From positions 1,312,001 through 1,376,000 of the forward strand of contig OY970280.1 of the NCBI GenBank assembly GCA_963715865.1: a DNA stretch of 64,000 bases, in the 5' to 3' direction. A program made the translations under genes and the position numbers. Below the pieces are notes generated by a model that was not told the origin of the DNA, made no database searches, and saw only the letters and a list, made by a program, of their open reading frames with translations. Shown piece after piece: positions 20,870 through 30,018 of this stretch. How positions within the stretch are numbered: the first letter of the stretch is position 1; every line of letters begins with the position of its first letter. This DNA is from Candidatus Bathyarchaeota archaeon (GTDB taxonomy: Archaea; Thermoproteota; Bathyarchaeia; Bathyarchaeales; Bathycorpusculaceae).

Positions 20870-21538
20870 TTAAAAACTTCCTCCTGTGCAAAAGAGATAA
20901 TCTACAACTGAAAGATTGGGCACAAATTCACCATAGAGCTGACGGTAAACAGGATACTCGAAATCTTGAAAGACAACCCTTATTCCTTCGTCTTCAAACC
21001 GTTCAACGTTCAGGTAGGCCTGAGCACCTGCACCTGCAAGCTGGATATTTGCTTTAAAAGCTTTACATTGGTTCAATATCAATTCGCTTTTTTTTTCACA
21101 AATACCTAATGATGAAGCCATTACCAAGGGTTTGTCTATACTCAGAAACTTCATAATTCCTTTAATAAGATGCATGTTCAGATCGATTAAGAACTCCCAT
21201 TTTTTGTTATAAGTTTCTTCAAAAAAGCCGCTGTATTTCTTCCAATAGGGAGCATGCATATAATGATGCTTCAAACTCAGCCAATGACATTTTTCCCACG
21301 TAGACTGTGAATTGTTAGCTATTCTCACCTCATTAATTAACAAAGGTCGACCTGTATGTTCAACTGGCACCGTTAGCCATTTGGCTCCATGCGATGTCTT
21401 AATTTTATTTCTGTTAATGAACCCATTATGTTCGTATTGAACGTTATCTTCGATAATAAAAACATCGCATTTTGATATTTTATCGAAGAACCCAAGCCAA
21501 GGCAGGTAGTTGGGCTGATGGCCAGCGGTAATCAACAA
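20870..21538 (-). CDS. wbqC: WbqC family protein
   Basis: HQPNYLPWLGFFDKI, NRNKI..WLTVP and Y.QL..EFVPNLSVVDYLF signature motifs. Confidence 0.9.
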   Translation of the reverse strand: MLITAGHQPNYLPWLGFFDKISKCDVFIIEDNVQYEHNGFINRNKIKTSHGAKWLTVPVEHTGRPLLINEVRIANNSQSTWEKCHWLSLKHHYMHAPYWKKYSGFFEETYNKKWEFLIDLNMHLIKGIMKFLSIDKPLVMASSLGICEKKSELILNQCKAFKANIQLAGAGAQAYLNVERFEDEGIRVVFQDFEYPVYRQLYGEFVPNLSVVDYLFCTGGSF

Positions 21539-22186
21539 TTAAAGTCCCTTGTTTAACGGTCTTTTTTCAACGTATCGGATAACTTCAAAAGCTTCAGCAG
21601 CAGAAATGCCTGCTTGACTGCCTCTGAAGGAAGCTAAATTAATCATAGATTCGTAAGTCAGATATCTTTTTTGACATTGGGAAAGGTGGCATTTTAATGC
21701 TTCCCATTTTAAGCCAATTGTTTCAGAAATGTCCACGAAGTAAGTTGGTGCAAAAGTGCTGTTAACGCGGGGGCTTTCGTAAGCTAGTATTTTAGGCACG
21801 GTTCTTAGTGCAGCCAAAGAAAGCCAACCGACTTGTCTGTGGTCTTGATGAAAATCGTTCACTGAATGAGTTAAAACGGTGTCGGGTTTGTATTTTTCAT
21901 AGAAGCTTTCTAAGAAATCTATCGATTTGCGCGAATTGGGGATTTCTGTGTCTGCGAAATCTCCGAAGAATACATCTTTTATGTCGAATAGCGAGAAGGC
22001 TTCTTTGCTTTCTTTGACCCGATCGTCAGGGTTTCCGCTTCGTTCTCCTTTAGTCAAAAAAACGGCAACGACTTTCTTGCCCATTTTGGATGCATTACAA
22101 AGTGTTCCACCACATCCTAGTTCGATGTCGTCAGGGTGGGCTCCTACCGCAAGTATAACTTGGGATCTAAAAACCGTAGCAATCAC
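21539..22186 (-). CDS. PIG-L/LmbE family deacetylase
   Basis: AVGAHPDDIELGCGG, HQDH, H.SQ and AEAF motifs. Confidence 0.9.
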   Translation of the reverse strand: MIATVFRSQVILAVGAHPDDIELGCGGTLCNASKMGKKVVAVFLTKGERSGNPDDRVKESKEAFSLFDIKDVFFGDFADTEIPNSRKSIDFLESFYEKYKPDTVLTHSVNDFHQDHRQVGWLSLAALRTVPKILAYESPRVNSTFAPTYFVDISETIGLKWEALKCHLSQCQKRYLTYESMINLASFRGSQAGISAAEAFEVIRYVEKRPLNKGL

Positions 22187-22210
22187 TTCTGATTATTTAC
22201 ATTACAATTA

Positions 22211-22956
22211 CTATTGCCTAATTCCCAACTTTAGGTAAACCAGTGGTCCCACTATTTTCCACCAATCACGAAGTGGGGAAATGTTGGAGTATCCACCTCT
22301 ATTTCTGAAATAGTAAACCTTCGAAACAGGCACTTCTTTTACTTTGTACCCAAGAGTTAGAACCTTATAGTGAAGGTAATACTCAAATTGGTAACCATCA
22401 AGCCAACCCTGCTGGATATTGATGTGCTTATCATAAAAAATATTCAGTTTATACGCTCGGAAACCATTTGTTACATCTGTGCATCGCTTACTTGTCAGTA
22501 AGGTCCAAACAAAAGGAAACAGTCGGCTAAACATGCCTCGTAAAAAAGGCGTCTTCACGGGTTTGCCGCCTGGCAAGAATCTAGAACCTTGAACATAATC
22601 AAAATCTTCTGACAATATCGGAATTAGGAGCCGGGGGATTTCACGTGGCTTATCTTTGCCGTTCCCTGCCATGACGACGGCTATATCATACTTATTGTTC
22701 AAGGCGTATTCGATGCCATCCCTTATGGCTACACCCACACCTCTTCTTTTTTGACTGTTTATAACGTGGATAGGAATCCTGTTTTTGAAGGCTGCGTTTT
22801 CTACCTGTTGAAGGTCGCTTTTGTTAGCACAATCAATGACAATGCATATTTCGTTGACCGTGTTCTCCTGAAAATTGCCTATAACCTCTACTAGCTGTTT
22901 GGTGTTATGGCATGAGGGAATTATTACAACCTTCCTACTATATGCCTTGATTTCAT
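22211..22956 (-). CDS. Glycosyltransferase family 2 (DPM1-like); start probably the ATG at 22956 with a 1-nt frameshift near 22932
   Basis: [35 protein letters not shown] motifs. The ORF-track start (23053) overlaps the upstream gene. The ATGA-coupled ATG gives MKSRHIVG and joins KVVIIP if one A is added. Confidence 0.72.
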
Positions 22957-23429
22957 TTGCCTTCAATCCCGATTCTCCCAATAATGCGGCTTGGGTTCCC
23001 AGCCACAACTGCCCTGCTGGGCACGTCTTTGGTAACCACAGAACCTGCTCCAACCATGGCTTCCTCGCCTATGGTGACTCCGGGAACGATTACACTGTTT
23101 GCACCTATCGAGGCTCCCTTCTTGACTGTAGTGGGCAAACGTTTCCATTCCCCCTGTGCTCGGGGGTACTTATCGTTGGTGAAGGTGACGTTTGGCCCGA
23201 TAAACACGTTGTCTTCTATGGTGACTCCAGTTGGAATGAAAACAAAGGGTCTAACTTTGCAGTTGTCCCCTATAACTACGCCTTCCTCTATGTAAACATA
23301 CGAGTCGATTTTGCAATTCTTCCCAACCTTACACTTGAAAAGATTAACCTGGTCAAAAACTCGAGTTCCTTCCCCGATTTCCGCTCCACTAATCAAGGCG
23401 TAACGAGGAGCTTTCTGCTGATTAGGCAT
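22953..23429 (-). CDS. Hexapeptide-repeat N-acetyltransferase (WbpD/WlbB-like)
   Basis: Left-handed beta-helix hexads, [28 protein letters not shown]. Confidence 0.88.
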   Translation of the reverse strand: MPNQQKAPRYALISGAEIGEGTRVFDQVNLFKCKVGKNCKIDSYVYIEEGVVIGDNCKVRPFVFIPTGVTIEDNVFIGPNVTFTNDKYPRAQGEWKRLPTTVKKGASIGANSVIVPGVTIGEEAMVGAGSVVTKDVPSRAVVAGNPSRIIGRIGIEGK

Positions 23430-23433
23430 ATAA

Positions 23434-24411
23434 CTATTCCACTAGTTCAGTTCTGCCATTTCTCATGGCTTTTTGAGTTATTTCAAGAAGCCTAACAACG
23501 TTGGCTCCAACGAGACCGTTGTTCTTATTCAAGAAAGCGTAGTTGCAAGCGCGGCATTGCCGGATGCAGCTGATGAAGTGCGAAAGTTCCTCATTTATAG
23601 TATTGCTCCTTTTCACTGGCACTTCGTAAAAACGGTCCCTTTCGTAAGCGTAAACTTTTTGCGTTATGCAGTCGATTTTAGCAAATCTGTCCGAGCCCAT
23701 AATTTGGACCTCTCGGATTTTTTCCGGATGCAGCCAACTGACTTCTATGTGGGCCATCATATTGTTTTTGAACTCACTAATGATGTGTGCAGTTTCCTCT
23801 TTCTGACCTTTTCTGAAGGATTTTGCAACGCAGGTTACTTTGGCTGGCCAATCATTAGTGAGGAAGTTTAATATGTCAAAGGGATGCGGTGCTAGGTCGG
23901 TTATTACGTCTCTATCAATCATTGGAGGCATCAGAGCGGTCCAAGTTAGTTTCATCCAGTAAAGGTCGCCAAACCAGCTGCCTTCAACTAAGCTCTTGAC
24001 CTTCTCGATTGCCGCATCGAATCTGAAAATATGGCCTACGGAAAGGACTAGGTTTTTTTCATGCGCTAGATCAACGAGGTTGAGGGCTTCAAAGGAGTTG
24101 AGTGTCATTGGTTTTTCTACCGTTACGTGTTTTCCAGCGTTCAGTGCTTCTCGGCAGATTTCGTAATGAGTTGCGCTGGGTGTGCATATGTGCACAGCGT
24201 CGATGTCAGGGTTTTTGAGTAGTTCCTCAGGGGTTTTTGCTAAGAAGGGAACGTCGTATTTTTCTTTGCAGAATTTTAGGTTTTCTTCGAATACATCGCA
24301 GACACCCAACAAATTAACACTAGGATCGCTTTTACCCATTAATGCGTATTCTGAGGCTACTTTCTTACCCCAATATCCAACTCCGATAACGGCTACATTC
24401 ATTTTATCCAT
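23434..24411 (-). CDS. Gfo/Idh/MocA oxidoreductase (WbpB/WlbA-like)
   Basis: [30 protein letters not shown] motifs. Confidence 0.85.
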   Translation of the reverse strand: MDKMNVAVIGVGYWGKKVASEYALMGKSDPSVNLLGVCDVFEENLKFCKEKYDVPFLAKTPEELLKNPDIDAVHICTPSATHYEICREALNAGKHVTVEKPMTLNSFEALNLVDLAHEKNLVLSVGHIFRFDAAIEKVKSLVEGSWFGDLYWMKLTWTALMPPMIDRDVITDLAPHPFDILNFLTNDWPAKVTCVAKSFRKGQKEETAHIISEFKNNMMAHIEVSWLHPEKIREVQIMGSDRFAKIDCITQKVYAYERDRFYEVPVKRSNTINEELSHFISCIRQCRACNYAFLNKNNGLVGANVVRLLEITQKAMRNGRTELVE

Positions 24412-24437
24412 AAATCATGCCTTCAATCGGTTCAGTC

Positions 24438-25541
24438 TTATTTAGCAAAAAACTCGTGAATTTTCATGGCCACTTGTTCAACCCCTGCCTCTTCAAGGTC
24501 AGGATACATGGGGAGACTCAGAACCTGGTTGCAGACTCGTTCACTGACTGGAAATTCTCCTTCTTTGTAACCGTACAACTCCTTATAAATTGGCTGCAAA
24601 TGTATAGGCAGGGGGTAATGGATTCCGCATTGGATGCCGTTGCTTTCAAGGTAGATTTTCAGTTCGTTTCTGTAGTTTGTTTTTACGACATAAAGATGAT
24701 AGACAGGCAGGATGTTGCCGTTTCCTGCAGGTGGCAATTCGAGCCCTTCTATGTCGCCAAGAAGTTTATTGTAAAGCATCGCTACGTTCCGCCTTTTTTC
24801 GTTCCATTCGTCGATACGTTTCAGTTGCACTCTGCCAATGGCTGCGTTGACGGTGTTAAGCCTTGCAGTGTAACCCATCAGGTCGTGTTCGTAATGTGAC
24901 TTTCTTCCACAATCGCGTAATTTTGCTATCTTGTTAGCCAAATCTTTGTTGTTAGTTATTGCCATGCCGCCGTCACCACATACGGTCATATTCTTGCTCG
25001 GGTAAAAGCTGAAACAGCCAACATCTGCTATGCTTCCGACTCTTTTGCCATGGTAGATTGCTCCGTGGGCTTGACAGCAATCTTCCACGACGCCGCAGTT
25101 ATTTTCTTCAGCTATGTCTAAGATGCAGTTCATTTCAGCTGGGTAACCGTAAAGGTGAACAGGAAGAATGGCTTTTGTCTCATCAGTTAGCTTTTGCTCA
25201 ACCAATGATGGGTTAATGTTGTATGTTTTTACATCTATGTCTGCGAAAACTGGTTCTGCTCCTGCAAAGTAAGCAGCGTTTGCTGTGGCAATGAATGAGT
25301 ACGGCGTTGTAACAACGTTGTCTCCATGGCTTACTCCAAGGGCTTGTAACGCAAGTTGCAGCGCAAATGTCCCTGAACTCGTGGAGACAGCGTGTTTTAC
25401 TCGGCAGTATCTGGCAAATTCTTCCTCAAACTTGAAAACGCTTTCACCCATTACAAACTTATCGTTTTGTAGAGCATTAATAGCTGCGATTTTCATTTCT
25501 TCATCAAAAATCGGTTTTGCTAATGGAATGTTCATTTTCAT
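24438..25541 (-). CDS. DegT family aminotransferase (WbpE/WlbC-like)
   Basis: SSGTFAL, PVHLYG, EDCCQAHG, SFYPSKN, LSLPMYP; start set at ATG 25541 behind an AAAGGTG SD. Confidence 0.92.
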   Translation of the reverse strand: MKMNIPLAKPIFDEEMKIAAINALQNDKFVMGESVFKFEEEFARYCRVKHAVSTSSGTFALQLALQALGVSHGDNVVTTPYSFIATANAAYFAGAEPVFADIDVKTYNINPSLVEQKLTDETKAILPVHLYGYPAEMNCILDIAEENNCGVVEDCCQAHGAIYHGKRVGSIADVGCFSFYPSKNMTVCGDGGMAITNNKDLANKIAKLRDCGRKSHYEHDLMGYTARLNTVNAAIGRVQLKRIDEWNEKRRNVAMLYNKLLGDIEGLELPPAGNGNILPVYHLYVVKTNYRNELKIYLESNGIQCGIHYPLPIHLQPIYKELYGYKEGEFPVSERVCNQVLSLPMYPDLEEAGVEQVAMKIHEFFAK

Positions 25542-25656
25542 AACACCTTTTACTGGGTTTTTCTGCATGAAATCAAATGAGCGCTAAAAATTCGAAGTTC
25601 AGTCGGAGTAACAGTACTCTTGTGCTCTCACCATTTATTAGTGTGATAAAGCATAT

Positions 25657-25884
25657 TCACGTAACTTCATGTGGTTCCTTTTCAATGAGACTTAATGGTA
25701 AATCTGCTATAATTTCATTATCAGACGAAAGTTTACTCAAAATTTTTTCGTAAACGCCATTTCCCAATCCTAATTCTATGTCATCAGCGTGAGCACCTAC
25801 TGCTAGAATAACATCAGATTTCAAAACCAAATATGATACCTCCATCAAAATTCTTAAACAATTATCGATAAGTAACCTAACCAA
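25657..25884 (-). pseudogene. Chimeric remnant: PIG-L deacetylase N-terminus fused to polysaccharide-deacetylase C-terminus
   Basis: VILAVGAHADDIELG matches 22115-22175; GNGVYEKILSKLSSDNEIIADLPLSLIEK matches 15496-15584 at protein and DNA level. Confidence 0.85.
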
Positions 25885-25888
25885 AAGA

Positions 25889-26488
25889 TTAAGTGTTCAT
25901 TTTTAGCCATAGGCTAACATAATGCTGATGGTATTGGAAAAAGTTAACTGTATCGTTGAAAATCCATAGCTCAAAGAATAGATTCCCATTGAAGTCTTTT
26001 CTTTCGGTGTCCCAAGCAATGGTTGTTGTGTTAGCGTTTAACACAGCACCGTTGAGTATAATATTTTGCATATCAAGCTGGTCTGTATTGCTCGCGTCAA
26101 CTTTATACCGAAAGGAAATGTTAATTGGTAATTCTAATGTTTCTTTATCGGCTACAAAAAATGAGATATTGCCTAAGGATGGCTGATTACTGTTGGCGTG
26201 GTTGAAACTGTCTGGTGCTGATTGTGTTTGATTGCGGAATTCCACTTGGATAAGATAATAAGCACACGAGCCTAAACGGTTTCCAATGTCAAGGTATAAG
26301 CGGTAATTATCGCCAGCTGAGACGTTGTAAGGATAAGTAGCATTATGATAAGGACCCAAAAGTGAGAGTTCCGTAAAATACTCCGTTTGAGGAAGCACTA
26401 CAAGTTGCTGAATAGCAGGGGTAGCAACAAATAATGCTGAAACAACGGTCACAACAAGTAAAAGCGTTTTATACTGTTGGAGGCCCAT
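25889..26488 (-). CDS. DUF1616-like membrane-anchored protein
   Basis: N-terminal TM, EYFTELSLLG..YP motif, LFFELW and C-terminal VSLWL. Confidence 0.65.
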   Translation of the reverse strand: MGLQQYKTLLLVVTVVSALFVATPAIQQLVVLPQTEYFTELSLLGPYHNATYPYNVSAGDNYRLYLDIGNRLGSCAYYLIQVEFRNQTQSAPDSFNHANSNQPSLGNISFFVADKETLELPINISFRYKVDASNTDQLDMQNIILNGAVLNANTTTIAWDTERKDFNGNLFFELWIFNDTVNFFQYHQHYVSLWLKMNT

Positions 26489-26954
26489 TCAAGTTCTTCC
26501 TGTTTTTTCTATTCAAAACAATCCAAGCAATTGTGCCTACACATAAAATAGCTACAGAACCTATTATCGATAAAACAATGATTGTGAAATTTTGGTTATC
26601 ATTATTGATGGCGGTTTCCTTTAGGGCTGCAGCTTGAGAAATAAAGCCGTTAAGCTTGCTTTTGCTTTGGGTTGCATAACTATAGGCTGAATCATAATCG
26701 TTACTCGCGTAGGCCAATTCAGCTTTAGACAGCAATCCAGCGACATCGTTAAGAGTACCCATTAAAGAATCTACGTTTGCTCCTGCAGCTTCCGATTCTT
26801 TAACAGCATCGTAGCAACCTTTGATGGTGTTTTTTGCTGAAGAAATGGCGGTTTGAGCGCTTTGTTGATCCGCAAAAACTGGAGAAGCAAACGATGCTGT
26901 AGTTATAAAGAGAATCATAATGGCTGCGATAGAAGCCTTGAGATATTTAATCAA
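26469..26954 (-). CDS. Secreted helical protein with C-terminal TM anchor (hypothetical)
   Basis: Signal peptide ending VFA, Ala-rich helical body, TM plus basic tail RKNRK. Confidence 0.7.
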   Translation of the reverse strand: MIKYLKASIAAIMILFITTASFASPVFADQQSAQTAISSAKNTIKGCYDAVKESEAAGANVDSLMGTLNDVAGLLSKAELAYASNDYDSAYSYATQSKSKLNGFISQAAALKETAINNDNQNFTIIVLSIIGSVAILCVGTIAWIVLNRKNRKNLNGPPTV

Positions 26955-26987
26955 AAATTAATTCCGCCAAAATTAAGCATTTTTTGC

Positions 26988-27329
26988 TTAGTGTTGAGCT
27001 GATTGGGTTAGGCTTTGTTTAACTGCGCATAAGTTTTCTAAAACTTTCTTTTTGGTGGAAAAATCATTAAGGCGTTTTTCCATGCTTTTGTTGCATCGGG
27101 AGAATTCTTTGTAAGCATCTAAATATTCTTGCCCTTTATACGTTAATTTGTAGCATTGGTCTTGGTTTTGGAATTTTACAAGGGATGCCTCAATAATTTC
27201 GTTTAGATATCGCTGCAAGACTTTGTAGCTTAAATTAGCTTGGTACATTATCTTAGTTTTTTTGGCGTCTCTACTTGCAACATTAAGGATGTCAGCTATG
27301 ATGTCTAGTCTATCTCTGTAATTACCCAA
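26988..27329 (-). CDS. Winged-helix transcription regulator (ArnR1-like/HTH_45 type)
   Basis: RDRLDIIADIL, KTKIMYQANLS, YKLTYKG signature; first gene of the co-oriented glycan locus. Confidence 0.82.
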   Translation of the reverse strand: MGNYRDRLDIIADILNVASRDAKKTKIMYQANLSYKVLQRYLNEIIEASLVKFQNQDQCYKLTYKGQEYLDAYKEFSRCNKSMEKRLNDFSTKKKVLENLCAVKQSLTQSAQH

Positions 27330-27369
27330 GCTGATTTCCCCTAAAAATCAAATAAAAATTTCTTTACCT

Positions 27370-27762
27370 TTAGATGTGCAGCCAACCTCTGCCGTTTTTC
27401 TTTAATTGTTGCTTTTCCTTCTTTTCTTCAGCGTATAGTTCAGCTAGTTTTTTTCTTTTCGGTTGTTGGTTGTTAATATTATTTTTAACGAATTTTGTCC
27501 ATCCGCCAACATGTGGGTCAGGAGGGATGTATCTTTCAGCATTCAAGATTTCGTATTGTTCTAGGATTTCTTTAAAGTTTAAGGCTTTGAAGTCTCTAGT
27601 TGCATGGATTATTGTGCCCTTGTCGATGAACAATTGATTGTAGTCGTCCACTGCTATGCCTTCGGCTCTAACTTTATCGTCTATTCTTTCGCGCCAGAGC
27701 CTTTTCCATTGAATTTTTAATTCGTCAACTAATCCTTTTTGATCTAGAGACATTGCTAACAA
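27370..27762 (-). CDS. Hypothetical protein
   Basis: 130-aa ORF with natural composition and a GGAGG SD; no family recognised. Confidence 0.65.
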   Translation of the reverse strand: MLAMSLDQKGLVDELKIQWKRLWRERIDDKVRAEGIAVDDYNQLFIDKGTIIHATRDFKALNFKEILEQYEILNAERYIPPDPHVGGWTKFVKNNINNQQPKRKKLAELYAEEKKEKQQLKKNGRGWLHI

Positions 27763-28168
27763 ATCCCTCCATGATAGAAGTGGATAAGAAAAAATTTACT
27801 TAGCTTGATAAAACTAGCGTGAGGCTTTTCCTCAACTAATTACTGTCTTAATTGGCTTATTTAAAGTGTAAGGATAAATTGTTCTATTTTTATCTAAAAC
27901 TGGGTCTTTTTTTCTGTATTTTTCTTGATTTTTTGCTGGATTTTGTTATTGTTTGCTATAGAACATTGCGTAATTTTAATAGAAGAATTTTACTTATTAG
28001 TGTCTATTGCGAGGGTGGGGTCGGTTAGAAACCGCTGAGTTCTTGACAGAAATTATGTAAATAATTTAACCCTTAGAAGTCTAATAAAGATTACCCCTTG
28101 CTTACTTGGTTGGCTTGGCTTTGCAATGTTTAAATTCTACTTTAACAATAAATGAAAAGGGATTATTT

Positions 28169-29353
28169 ATGGCAAGCTCAGTTTCTGCTAGAGATGTTTA
28201 TTCAAAAGGGTTTAATACTGTTCAAGAAAGCGATACACTTTCCAGATGTTTAGAAACATTCAAAACAGTTATGCCTCCAGTTTTAGCTATTTTAAATGAC
28301 AAAGGCAAATATGAAGGCATGATTACCAGGCGTTCGATTTTAAGGTCAAGACTTGATCCTGCAACAACTAAAGTTAGAACCTTGATGAAAGTTGCACCAC
28401 CAGTAACTTTTGATTTTTCTCTCAGTAAAATGGCTAAGTTGATGATTGAGAGTGGAATGAGGCAACTTCCGGTTTTTGAGAAAAATAAGCTTTTGGGGTT
28501 TGTTACGGACGAAAATATTATTCATGCAGCTGTAACTGAAGATTGGGGTAACACTGCGATAGAGAAGATTATGACCAGAGCACCCCACACGATTGACGCA
28601 AATCGGTCTGTGGGAGCAGTTCTTAGTTCAATGAGAGAGTATGGTATTTCGCATGTTCCAGTTATGGATAGTGGGAAACTTGTTGGTATAATTAGCATTC
28701 AAGATATTTTGGAGAATATTTATTGGCCTCAAAGGCACCAGACAACAGGAGATATAGTCGGAGAAAAAATTGAAACCTTAAGTGTTCCAGCCAAAGGCAT
28801 AATGGCAAGACCAGTAATTACGGTTGAATCTCAAACGAGCTTGCGCGAAGCAGAGAAAAAGATGCATGATCATGATATTTCCTGTTTAGCAGTTATTTCA
28901 AACGAACGGCTAGTTGGTATCGTGACGAAGCTTGATTTTCTCGAGCCAATCTCCCAGTTAGAAGCTGCTGCTGAGCGGAAAATATCAGTGCAGTTCGGTG
29001 TTAAAGGAGTGGAGATAAACCCTGAGCAACAAGGGTTCATGATGGAAGAATTTGATTCCTTTTCACACAGATACCAAGACGCTTTCCAGTTAGGAACACT
29101 TTTCGTCTACATGAAAAGCCATCGCAACACAAGCCTTCGGGGAACACCGCTGATTCATTGCCGTTTGCAGTTTAGGACGGTGAGGGGAACTTTCTTTAGT
29201 GCAAGTGAAGGTTGGGGTGTTGAACCAACTTTTAGAGTGGCATTAGATAGGCTTGAGAGGAGACTGCTCAGAAGTAAAGAGCTGTTAGCTTACAATCCTA
29301 AATATGCTAAAGATTACTTGCGAAAGATCGGGCTACCTCAAGAAGAAACCTGA
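28169..29353 (+). CDS. Four-CBS-domain protein with C-terminal HPF/RaiA-like domain (Hib-type ribosome hibernation factor candidate)
   Basis: CBS motifs (LPVFEKNKLLGFVT, VPVMDSGKLVGIISIQD, VISNERLVGIVTKLD). The C-terminus ASEGWGVEPTFRVALDRLERRLLRSK parallels HPF/RaiA AESEDMYAAIDLAVDKLERQLRK. Start moved to ATG 28169. Confidence 0.72.
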   Translation: MASSVSARDVYSKGFNTVQESDTLSRCLETFKTVMPPVLAILNDKGKYEGMITRRSILRSRLDPATTKVRTLMKVAPPVTFDFSLSKMAKLMIESGMRQLPVFEKNKLLGFVTDENIIHAAVTEDWGNTAIEKIMTRAPHTIDANRSVGAVLSSMREYGISHVPVMDSGKLVGIISIQDILENIYWPQRHQTTGDIVGEKIETLSVPAKGIMARPVITVESQTSLREAEKKMHDHDISCLAVISNERLVGIVTKLDFLEPISQLEAAAERKISVQFGVKGVEINPEQQGFMMEEFDSFSHRYQDAFQLGTLFVYMKSHRNTSLRGTPLIHCRLQFRTVRGTFFSASEGWGVEPTFRVALDRLERRLLRSKELLAYNPKYAKDYLRKIGLPQEET

Positions 29354-29718
29354 TTTTTAGTTACCCTCTTTTTCTTCTAAACGACCAAACAAAAAACCAT
29401 ACAACTCCTGCAGAGTTGCACGTATTAGTTTACACTATTGCGGTTGGAACGCCAATAGTTATGACTATACTCCGCGCGTTAGCATGTTGAAACCATGTAT
29501 CAAAAACCAATAGTTATAACTTTAGCGCCAGGACTGACTTTGACTATACTACCGTAGAACTGCTGGCTGGATTGTTTGAACAAAACTTTTACGCGATCGA
29601 ACAAATCTAGCCTACTCCCCAATTGTCTCGACAAAACAAAAAACCTTTGACTCGACTAATCCACAACGTTCAAGCTTCTAAAGCAAAACATCCCATCCCC
29701 TCTTGAAGAAACGCGTAT

Positions 29719-30006
29719 CTACTTGGGTTTAACTATGTAATCTGCTTCGAAGTTTCTTGGGGTTATCTGCCTTGTCTTTCCAACCTTCAACTCCACTTTA
29801 GCACTTAACGCCTTGAATTGTTGAGCGAAACCTTCAACATAATCCAATACTCCGCAGCCATAGCAGAAGCCTCCAGAAAACGAAACCGTAAGCATCACTG
29901 GCGACAGAAATACAAGTTTGGCTGTGACTTCAGGGCTCCTGAGCCTGTTGTAGAGGAGGATGGCTTTTCTCGCAAGCTCTTCCAGTTCCGGCTGAGACAA
30001 CGACAT
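29719..30006 (-). CDS. Small CxxC protein (Nfu/NifU-C-like), last gene of the pyrD-pyrK unit
   Basis: LTVSFSGGFCYGCG; starts 13 nt after the pyrK stop. Confidence 0.6.
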   Translation of the reverse strand: MSLSQPELEELARKAILLYNRLRSPEVTAKLVFLSPVMLTVSFSGGFCYGCGVLDYVEGFAQQFKALSAKVELKVGKTRQITPRNFEADYIVKPK

Positions 30007-30018
30007 CTTAAACGCCGT

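Noticed and set aside
22957-23053. N-terminal extension of the GT2 ORF given by the track
   Set aside because: Lies inside the acetyltransferase gene in another frame and reads as nonsense.
28106-28168. TTG-initiated extension of the CBS protein
   Set aside because: AT-rich leader; ATG 28169 follows an AAAAGGGA purine tract and starts the first CBS domain.
29354-29718. Short imperfect repeats (ccaatagttat, gactatact) in the gap after the CBS gene
   Set aside because: Only 9-11 bp, and all frames are interrupted by stops; cannot distinguish a remnant from chance.
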